Below, piece by piece: positions 53,758 to 64,000 of a DNA stretch of 64,000 nucleotides (position 1 is the first letter of the stretch; every line of letters starts with the position of its first letter). Origin of the DNA: Octopus vulgaris (lineage: Eukaryota); the NCBI GenBank assembly GCA_951406725.2, contig OX597814.1, forward strand, positions 158,906,001-158,970,000, given 5' to 3'. The notes under the pieces were generated by a model. The model made no database searches. It was not told the DNA's origin and saw nothing but the letters and a program-made list of their open reading frames with translations. Made by a program: the position numbers and the translations under genes.

Positions 53758-56225
53758 CTGCAAATGGGAAATATTTTGAATACTTTAAAAATATGTCAAT
53801 CATTTTATGTAACTGATTGCTTTAGAATCCAGAATACATGATTTCCAATTGTTTCCCCTACCTCACAATCAACCTTTTTCACAACCAACCTTTTTTATTT
53901 AAGTATTTTACACTTCTGTATGTTCATATCATTTCTCCTGGGAGGAAGACCTCTCCCTTTTCCTTTATCATTGCCACCAAAATCTACAGATTCGAGTTTA
54001 TGGCACGTCATAACAGATCACTTTGGTAGATAGATGACCAACAGAAAAAAAGCTTAAGCTATATTTTTCAGTTACACATACATTAGTGAGTATTTTGTTT
54101 GCTTCTTTCCCGCTTCCCCTGACCCATAACGCTTACCTTCTCTGATGTCTCAGGTGAGAAACACACTTTGAGACACTTTTCTACGTGCACAAGAAGAATA
54201 TTTTGCTACCCTCTTACTTTGCCATTTATATACCGGTAGGTCATAATATTTCATAGTGATCGACTCAAGTCCTCTGGGAACATTATGCCCTTGGCTTTCT
54301 TTGTTTCTTAGGCTTCATTCGCCTTGTATGTTCATTTTTTATTTGAATATATGTTTAACCAAGTTGCTGGTAGCTCTAACAGCAGCTGTACATTCTTTGA
54401 TGCTGCTGCTCTTTTCGTTGTTGTTGCTTATTTTATTCTTGTTCCCACTCATATTGGTGTTGCTATTGCTGTTTAAGTCATCTATGAGTGCAAGGACGGA
54501 GCCGGGTTATGCATAGTTATTGGTGCACATATTCTGTATTCTATGCATGAAAAATTCCCAAACGTGAACATGGAAGGACGAGCTGATTTATTACTCGTAA
54601 CATGAGCAGGCATGAGTTAGATAGTTACAGTAAGCATCTAATTATATTCGTCCAATGTGCAAGTTTAATATTCAGATATGTAAAAGTGGAAATTAAAGTA
54701 TTGATGTGTGCATGATATGAGAGCATCTGGTCCTATCTATATAATTCAGTAAACATGTGAAGAATGTGCTAGCTTATGAAGCAGAGATCAATTTTTTACA
54801 CGCGCGCAGAAATCCGAGAATCAAAATATTGAAGTAGGCATTTATTCTAACCATGTTGCTGCACACAAACGAAAACATGGCTCTTTACTGTTGAGTATCA
54901 TACTGAAGGATGACTTCTCACTATAGACGATATGTATAAATAAAATAATTATTCCAAAGGACTTAAATGGAGCAACAGACAAGGTATTTCGGCCTAATTA
55001 TCAATTTTTGAATAGTAGCTGCCACGCAGTCCTTTGGAGCTAAATAGAAGCGGCAGACATTATCAATAGAAATAAGCGAACAAAACATTCCCTGATGCGA
55101 GCGTTAACTTGCAGAGCCGAGATTAAATTATTACATGCGTGCAACAAAGCGAGAATCAATATACTGATGCCGGCATTCATTCTAACGCTGGATGAATAAC
55201 GGGATAGTAGTTATTATGAGGTGGGTGGACGTTAGAAGTATCTGGGTTTGTGCACAGCCGTAGATAGTCCAACCCTTGTCAAAAACTCAGAGTCGACTGT
55301 AACTTTTTTTTATATAATAAGCATATATACCCTTTATATCCAATGTACAAGTATTTAGTTTTATCAGATATAACGTTTTCACTATGTTACAATATAATAC
55401 CTCCCTAGTAATGCCGAACAACATAACATACATTTTCCGACCACTTATATCGACAAATATCCTCAAAACTGAACCTATCAACATATACTTCGCCATGGAA
55501 AAAAACACCCTTAAAAATGGGGACTCTTACTTGATAAGACGAATAGAAAAGAAAGAGATCATTACATGAGGTGTCCGATGAAAAATCTTATATTATCAAA
55601 AAGATAACAATAACGACAACAAAACCACCCCGAACTTTGGTTTCAAAACAACTGAATATCCACCAGTCGACGTTCTTCGCCAGCCCTTCGAAGAAAATGC
55701 ATTAAAACTCATCAATAATATCAAATTCCGAAAGCATATCAACACCATCCCAAAGAGAACAAAATCAGTATAAGCGAAAATATATTCGTACGATTGAATA
55801 AAACGAAAGCTATAAATCACAAAAATGTCTCTTAACCAACACTATATCAAGCACTTACAAAAGAAAAACTTATAGAAAATAGCCACTGAGTTAAAATACA
55901 GGAGGAGTTAATAGTGATATGCAGTCAGTTTGAAAACATTTTAGCCCAGAAATTTAATTTAAAGTATCCGAAGTACTCAATTGGCATAGTAAATAATTTT
56001 TGAATGTATAAATTTGCAAAAAAGCAGGAGTAAAGTTTATAAAGTTTGTATTAAACATCTGCAAGTCAAGAACAATTATTAGCTCGTACAAAACTGAGGC
56101 AAACATACTCTGAAGTGATGCGGAAAATATTTCAGTGCTATGACAGCCTTCCGTATAGGGAAAGGTTGACAGTTACTTTGAGATTTTGGCTATGTTGATA
56201 AAGTGATTGTTAAATATAATGTTTG

Positions 56226-56229
<4 letters not shown>

Positions 56230-56276
<47 letters not shown>

Positions 56277-56337
56277 TGTATGTATGTATATGTATGTATA
56301 TATGTTTATATATATTTATATATATATACATATATGC

Positions 56338-56410
<73 letters not shown>

Positions 56411-56484
56411 CATAAAAAGCATTTATATATACATACATACCTAAAACATACATATATATATACACACACATATATATATATATA
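56230..56484. repeat. (TA)n/(TATG)n microsatellite tract
   Basis: Direct reading. Confidence 0.95.
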
Positions 56485-56934
56485 GGCAAGGAAGGATTAG
56501 ATCACGAACGGGCTACCGTTTTCGGGAAGGAAGCCGCATAAGACATGATTCATCACCAGATGGGCTGTAGTTTACCCATGGCTGGAGTAGATAATCCAGG
56601 CGTTTACCACGCACAAAAAAAACATAACGACCGGTGACATTTTGAAGTTGCATAAAAAAATTTTCCCCCTGGAAACTAACGTTGCGAACAATGAGAGAAT
56701 CTGTAAAGTTTACTTGTCTCAGAGTATAGAAAAATAAGTGTACAGTGGAGTTTATGGTATAACTTTGTTCCATGGTTTACAATTCTTGGTCTCAATTGAT
56801 TTTGAAAAAAAATATTGTAATACATTAATATGTCCATGGAGAACAATTCAACGCAATACATATACTGGTTAAATGTACAGTACTTTAAGTGAATACTACT
56901 TGAGAATACCTGAGTAGTATGGTCCATGTTTAAG

Positions 56935-57470
56935 AAAACTTAGATGCAGAAATCACTTCTCGTACTCAAACAAGCCTTTGGCAGGCTAGAATCACAGTGC
57001 CATATCAAATCTGATACTAAAATCATAGTATATGTCATTTTTTTTTGTACTGTTGTAGTTTTCTGAAATTTGGACACTATACATGCATCATGTAAAAATG
57101 TTTGACAGGTTTCACCAGAAATATCTGCGCCACATATTCAGAATAAGCTGGGCTTCACCCATTCGTGACACGTAGGTTCTTGCTGATGTTAGGAACACAT
57201 CAATCCAAGCCATGCTTATATGGAATCGGCTACGATGGACAGGTTATCTCAACAGAGCGGATGAGTAGCGCATTCCCAAACAAATGCTCTATGGTGAGCT
57301 TATACCGAGAAAGAGGAAAAATAGTAAGCCAATGAAAAGATAGAAAGATTCCTTAAAACCAAATTGAGATACCTTAAATTATTTTACAAAAGTCTTGAGT
57401 CACTTGCGGCAGATAAATATGTGTAGAGAGCTACAATATGGACTGGTGTTAAAGACTTTGAACCTGACAG
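56935..57470 (+). mobile_element. RTE-clade LINE 3' relic
   Basis: AFGRL...FHQKYLRHIFRISW...RLRWTGYL.R...RIPKQMLYGEL, with stops and frameshifts. Confidence 0.8.
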
Positions 57471-59508
57471 ACCATGCAGATGTGTACCCTCAATTTTGTC
57501 GAGGGTATACATCTGCAGTTATGCAGATAAACTGATGACTTTTACATGACTAAGTAAAGTCAACATACACTCAATTTCTTCATAAATTCTAAACGCTGTC
57601 TAAGTTCTTGGTATTATTCTAAGTTTATTGAACGAGAGCATATAATTAGTCGCATAAAGAATACAATGGAAAATTAAACGTAACATACAAGAAAAATTAC
57701 ACAGAGAATCGAAGTTGTAAATACCGGTGGGTAGGCTTTCTGCCAGTACATTATATACAATACATAGATTTATATATATATATGTATACAAGACATACAT
57801 AAATGCATGCATCAATACATGCATGTATGTATGTATGTATGTATGTTTGTATGTATGTATGTATGTATGTGTGTGTGTATGTGAGTGTATGTGTGTATGT
57901 GTGTGTACAGCGTACGCCAAATTTTTTCCGTATGAATCGACAGAAGAATTCTTGAAATTTGCCATGTTTTTGGTAAAGGAAAACATTTGTCGGTATTTAT
58001 TAGCACCCTCAAAGAAAATGGCAGAGGATTTTGATAAATTAAGAATCAATTTCTCTTAATAGCTCACAAAGAGACAACTGTTCACACGTTTTGGTTTTAT
58101 TACACTCTTATAAGCATTGCATTATTTACATCAGCTTGCGTTGATCAGATGGCAACATTTTTATATGAGTACAAAGTGTGCTACGAATAACTTTTTTGCT
58201 AGTATGATTTGCATAATTACAAAAGTGAGTTAGAGCAATTAACACAAATGAGTCAAAAGTGTCAGTTTCGTGATATACTGAACGACGCATACAATAAAGC
58301 AAAAAAGAGCGTTATTAGTTATATATGTAGGTCTATGTATGTGTGTGTATGTGTGAGAGAGAGAGAGAGAGTATGTGTGTGTGAGAGTGAGTGCGTGTGA
58401 GAGAGTGTGTGTGTGTGAACGTGTTTGTGCTTACATGCACACACACCTATATAACTGAAACACAGAAAGCATATAAGAAATGCATTCCAAAAGTTTATTG
58501 CAATATAAGAAGCACTTATATAATAAAAGGAATTATATATATGAAATATTAGCACGCAATCATAAGCAATATAACGATTATGAACTAAATTATAAAACAA
58601 GATACATTATGATATATTATTACACGACTAGAATCTTCGACGTATAACACTGACTCGCGAAAAATCGACACGTCGTTTGCAAAAGAATGCTTATATTCTA
58701 ACGTCATTGCATTTCTGATTATATTATTATACACCGAGTCCAGAATGTGATTGGATTACACACTCTCATAAATTTTTAATGTAGAAGAAGTACCTGTTTT
58801 AGAAGTGCATGCCAGCAAGAAATCACATTAAAAAACAATATTTTCGCAGCCATTAAATTTTGTAGCGGATTTGTTTATTACGTATGATATGATCTAATGA
58901 TCACTGGCTAGAATTAAATTATCTAATTACTCCTTATTTAGTACATTTGAAAATACATTCCATTGAGAACGTAACCACTCTTTCTAACGCTACTTCAATG
59001 TGAATAACCTTTGACATTATGATTTCTCACTTAACGATTTTACATTTAAAATCAACTGGCCTGCTAACTCAGAATATTCCAGTACGCTGTTGTGATATCC
59101 TAAGATATATGTTATTAATTTTTGTGCTTAAACAGCTGTCCTTATTGATAAATGCGAGAAGTGAGGCTAGCTACTCCTGTATTACCAATCTTTGCAGACT
59201 CTAAGAACAGCACACTTAATTTCATTCAAATGTATTTCTTCATTCATAAAATTGTCGATATAGTTGACTGATCCACAGAAAGTTTTCCATGCTAAGGTTA
59301 TCCTTTAGTTTTCCGTACTAAGTTTATCCTTTACGGTATAAATACTATATCATTTGCCATTGTACTCTATTTTTAGTATATGGGAATGTTAAATAATTCA
59401 GAGATTTGACGATAAAAACACAGGAGAAAGATTGTAAACATAGTATATGCACACGCGGTCTATATGCAAATTAAATGAATGACTGAATGAAAGAACAACT
59501 ACTCATAC

Positions 59509-59535
59509 CAATATTACTGATGAGCATTGATATAT
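59509..59535 (-). CDS. 27-nt microexon DISMLISNI
   Basis: atttcag|27 nt|gtatga, phase 1-1, fits the spacing of neighbouring microexons. Confidence 0.5.
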
Positions 59536-59868
59536 CTGAAATTTTAGCATTCAAATTCTGCAAGAAATTGTTTTCACATATCTTCATTAATAAAAATGTC
59601 ATGAAAGAGGGGTGACATTAAGTAGGATGCCGTTCAGCAAGATACTGCTATATATATTTCCTAGTGCATCAAGAATATCGCTAATAAGTTATTAAATGAA
59701 AGAAATTAGAGTCACATGTATTTCACCAATAGAATTTTCAGCGAATTTAGTCTTTCCTGACACAGTAGAATGCAAGAAATTGCACAAGGAGACACGAAGC
59801 CATCAAAGTGAGACTCAGCAACAAGCAGAAGCAAGAAATCATTAGTCAATAAATAATCTTTCACTCAC

Positions 59869-59898
59869 CAAAAGCAGCTTCCACCTCAGAACGAGTTT
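59869..59898 (-). CDS. 30-nt microexon ETRSEVEAAF
   Basis: ttttcgctag|30 nt|gtgagt, phase 1-1. Confidence 0.8.
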
Positions 59899-60186
59899 CT
59901 AGCGAAAAATAAACGTAAATATACGCCCTCATTATTTAGGTCACGTGAAAACAGTAAATATATTGAGGAAGAAGGGACGTACTTTTTTTTTTGTTTCTTA
60001 AATATTACACCGTTATAAACAGTAGATGGACTTTACAAGAATCGAAAATACTCTGAGAGAGAATATGTATACGGTTCAAACTTAGAGAAATGTAATTAGT
60101 ACAATAAAAAAATATCGCAATACGATTAGAAACTTTAATATCTTATATTGATATATAATGCGAGAAACAATTTTGCAGTCGCTTAC

Positions 60187-60216
60187 CTGTACGAGTTATT
60201 TTTTCCGTTACGACCT
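60187..60216 (-). CDS. 30-nt microexon EVVTEKITRT
   Basis: tcctgcag|30 nt|gtaagc, phase 1-1. Confidence 0.8.
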
Positions 60217-62416
60217 CTGCAGGATTAAGGAAATATATAGTTTAATATTTCAAAAAGATAGTTTATAAACACTGTACCATTAAATGGTAACTATATTAGA
60301 ACATTTGTTGAAAAACTCATGGCATTTAATCATTCATTCGTTGTAAAATGATTCGTTGCTAAAATTTCACACACATATATACATATATATGAAGTGTATG
60401 TAAAAACAAACATATATATGTAGTATATCCTGTATGCATCTATGAATATATGCATGGATATATTCATTTAAGCATATGCGTGCGTGTGTATGTTTGCATG
60501 TAATGCAAGTAATTCGTTATATATGTAAATCTTTCTCAACGCAATACTTTCTCAACGAATGGACATTTTCCATTTAGTTGGTGGAGTGAAAAGTAACTAT
60601 TGATGATAGTTTTTAGTGACTCAACAAAAATAAACGATAATTCAATTTCCACAGTCCAAAAAATAATGAACAGTTAATCATAAAATAAGAATTTTCATGC
60701 TTAGATTGAAACCTGATCTTTTTTAGTAACACATTATCATCTACAAACTTGTTTTATTACACCGCGTTGGTATAGTCAAAAATCCAAGCATAAATTTAAA
60801 GTATTCATGTATGTTGTCATGTACAGAATGGCGTACGCCAAAATGGTTGAGAGGCTTGTATTTTGCCATTTAGATACAGAAAGAAAACAAAAATCCATAA
60901 AGTTTTCGAAACGAGGAAAAAATATCACAGTATAAACAATACCTTTTCTACCATTAATTTAAAGATGTCTATATCACTTTCTAATTTAGTTGTATCTTTC
61001 TATTCTATAACCTAAAGATATTTCAAAGACACAGACGAAGACAAAATAGAATAGATAATAAGAAACGAAGACAAATTTCACACCTTCAAGTTAGAAAAGT
61101 AAAAATTCTTCAAACAAAATAGAAAGCATGAAGGGAAAGCGCAAAACAAATAAAAATAGCGTGAGCGTATGTTTGTAAAGTCAGTGTTATTGCTGCTCGA
61201 TAATTCTTTATAGATATGCTATATTTATATTTAGTTGAAAATGTTAAATAAAATTTAAATCATCGCTACATTTGTATTGAAACCATTATTTTCTTTAGTT
61301 TGTATTTTTAGCAATGTGTATCATAGTCATTTTCTGCTGTAACACGAGATTCATTGTTAGTGCATGTGTATATGTTTGTGTGTGTTTAAGTGAGTATACG
61401 CGCATGTGAAATTTTGTATCTGATCGAAAGTAAGAAAGTGATATATACACATATAATACATATAATGCATGTGTGTGTGTATGTCTGAGCCGGTTGTGCT
61501 TTGTTTTGCTTCATCACAAGTGTTTTTCACATATTTTTATGTAATTTAAATATGAAATGAAATTTTTCGCATCAGACTTAGTTTCCTGTGACGCCAAATT
61601 CAGTTTCTTTTACTTTTCAAATGTTCTGGCTAAAAAACTAAATATATATTATACTAATATAATTTTAATTAAATAGTTTCCTTCTAATATATTTATTTTG
61701 CATGTAGATTTATTTCTTTGGGAAGTTCTGGTAATTCTGGTTGAGTAAATGTACTCAGGGAAGCATACTGTGCAGATGAAACATACTTAGATCTATTCAG
61801 TTATATAGGAAAGCTTCATGTCAGTTTGCTCATAAATGCCAAATAAGTAACGGTTAATATGCGCGTTGATTTTTGTTAGTTTGACTTTAGTGATGCCTTT
61901 ATATAGATGTTTTCTTATGCTGTGGAATTGACTAAATTATTTCAATCCTTTCTGCAATGTACGTAGTGATCCAAATTGTGCTTTAAACAATTATTTCAAG
62001 ATTAATACTGTTTTAGACAAATTGCATTTAGATCAATCATATTTTAGATAAAATGTTTTCGACAAACTCGCCGGATACAATAGGAAATCATTACTAGCGA
62101 ATTTGGGATCCAAGTACATAGCAGTGTCAGGCTGTTAAGAGAAACATGCCTGGCATGTAGGGAAAACTACAGCTAAGCCTTTTTGATCTTGACAAGTGTG
62201 AGTATGTATCTTTAAAATTAAATTGCAGTCTTTACAAATGCTTACTTTGATAGGGAAATGTTACAAACTAATTTGAATTTATACTAAAAATACTACAAAA
62301 ATCAGATAGTTTCGTTCTTTGAAAAAAGTGTTATCTACGCAATTATATATTTTTAGCGATTTCTTTGCCGAAGCGAAACACTGGAAGCCATTGAAATGAT
62401 TTTAAATGAAACTCAC

Positions 62417-62446
62417 CAACTGTAGATTCAACTTCAGACGGTTTTT
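62417..62446 (-). CDS. 30-nt microexon EKPSEVESTV
   Basis: tttcgttcag|30 nt|gtgagt, phase 1-1. Confidence 0.82.
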
Positions 62447-62812
62447 CTGAACGAAAGTTAATACGAAGTACAATAAGCAGGTTGTTCGATTATCTCATGC
62501 ACAAAACACTTTTGTTCAAATACTTAGTTATGTAGTTATACGCTTATAAATAGTATATCATTATAAATTTCTTACAATGGTAATGCATCTTCTAATTACT
62601 TTTAATTAGCACATGTTTTACTTTTAATATAGATTGTCTTAAAAATCATTAACTAATTTGAGAATCATTCGAAATAATTATCATTCTCTAAATATGCTAT
62701 AAATTTACAAGAAAACTATCAAAATTATTCTTTAGCATCTACGTTGAAATATTCTTTCCATAAAATGTATTTACATTAGTGAGTTCCATATTTTTATAGC
62801 TAATGTGCTTAC

Positions 62813-62842
62813 CTATGCGAGATTCGGTTTCTCTAACAAATT
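62813..62842 (-). CDS. 30-nt microexon (Q/E)FVRETESRI
   Basis: attttgcag|30 nt|gtaagc, phase 1-1. Confidence 0.8.
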   Translation of the reverse strand, partial: NLLEKPNLA

Positions 62843-63199
62843 CTGCAAAATCAAAATCGTTATTCATTAATGATTACTTTCATCATTTCGTGAAAGAAAA
62901 AAAGCTTAAATAGTTTGAATTCAATTAAATTCATCAGAGAATCTAGATTGGCGTATTTGTCAGTATACTTTCATATCAATTTCTTAAGTATAACTTAATT
63001 TGAAAAATGTCCTAAAGTTCAATATTTAGTATAAGAAGGAATACTATAAATCGTATATATCAATTCATACTAAGGCAAATTACACTTCTAGTACGCATAT
63101 CGATAAAAATAATAATCATTAAGAAATGTTTTACTGACTATAATAATTCTAATAATATAGGTGCTCAATTTTCATTGAATCAATTAAGAAAACACTTAC

Positions 63200-63229
63200 G
63201 AACTGTGGCATCGACCTCAGAAGGTTGTT
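63200..63229 (-). CDS. 30-nt microexon EQPSEVDATV
   Basis: catattcag|30 nt|gtaagt, phase 1-1, paralogous to EKPSEVESTV. Confidence 0.8.
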
Positions 63230-63675
63230 CTGAATATGGAATAAAAGGTGACATCAGATTTTGCACCGTGCACAAATAAAATATAGACGGACAGATGCAT
63301 GAATGCATAAAAAAACTTCTCTACACTTTTAAAATTTAACGGTATGTTGTTCGAAACTATACAATACACTTACGTAAAAGGTATATTCGCAATTTTGAAT
63401 ATGTATTGAAGTTTTATGACATATGTTAGATGCGTTTGAAAAGTAGACCAATAATTGGAGAGCACTTACAAAAATTTATTTCATGCTTGAAACAATCGTG
63501 AATATTTTTTAAGGATTTTTAATAATAATGACAAATCGATAATTTACAGGTATATGGAGATTTACATATTTAAAAATTACTTAAAATTTAGAAGTTTGAA
63601 AACAATTCTAGACGAAATCTATAGTATTGTGACTCAAGCGTATTATAGTAATAACGAAAATAGAAGATCGCTCAC

Positions 63676-63705
63676 CTTTAGGACGTTCGTCCTGTGTCAC
63701 AATAT
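63676..63705 (-). CDS. 30-nt microexon (D)IVTQDERPK
   Basis: atttcacag|30 nt|gtgagc, phase 1-1. Confidence 0.78.
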
Positions 63706-64000
63706 CTGTGAAATTAATTGAATGAAATTGTAATTGATTCTCAAGCATTTGCGGACAAAAAACTAAAAATGATAGTTCTTTTAATATCATACGATGTATT
63801 ATGGAAAATGATTATATTGAGAAACAGTAAAGTATGTTTCAAATATTAGCAGTGGCAAATTTTGTAAACAAACTTTATGATGAATAAAAGTCTGCATATG
63901 ATACATTTTATCATTTTATGTATTATTTGACTAGGACATTCAATGTATAATACTGAAACGCGATAAAGCAATAGCATTTTCACAAAAAGCATTTGCATAT

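Noticed and set aside
59186-59200. Possible 15-nt microexon ESAKI (cttag|...|gtaata)
   Set aside because: In frame and on the local spacing, but too short and unlike the 10-mer modules to distinguish from chance.
60943-61011. Donor-like site at 60942 with several upstream AGs
   Set aside because: Candidate lengths (26, 38, 57, 62, 69 nt) are out of frame or contain TAA.
62122-62133. cagtgtcaggct match to the linker microexon 3' end
   Set aside because: Only 12 nt, with no donor or acceptor at the right positions.

Overview
Eukaryotic, AT-rich, microsatellite-dense animal genomic DNA; the SINE repertoire suggests octopus/cephalopod (inference). The whole window lies inside one minus-strand gene encoding a giant titin/obscurin/connectin-like protein. 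I read 22 I-set Ig exons, all GT-AG and phase 1-1; 21 are exactly 267 nt and one is interrupted by an assembly gap. Twenty of them (9701-53757) form a homogenised tandem array that also holds about 7 dead Ig pseudo-exons. Hidden in the repeat unit, and mostly absent from the ORF track, is a 30-nt phase 1-1 microexon encoding a 10-aa Pro/acidic linker (E[ILVA]P[AVT]VxEPDT). Ten copies are clearly intact and about 13 are dead or doubtful. At most one conserved linker survives between any two intact Ig exons, and none survives in the 3' third of the array. Upstream (59.5-63.7 kb) is a second array of 27-30-nt phase 1-1 microexons encoding an alternating E/V/S/T/K/P-rich, PEVK-like 10-mer repeat. 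Introns carry tRNA-derived SINEs, Tc1/mariner relics, fold-back elements, Helitron/HINE elements, and RTE and Penelope fragments. All exon calls are from splice signals and reading frame only; no transcript evidence is available here.
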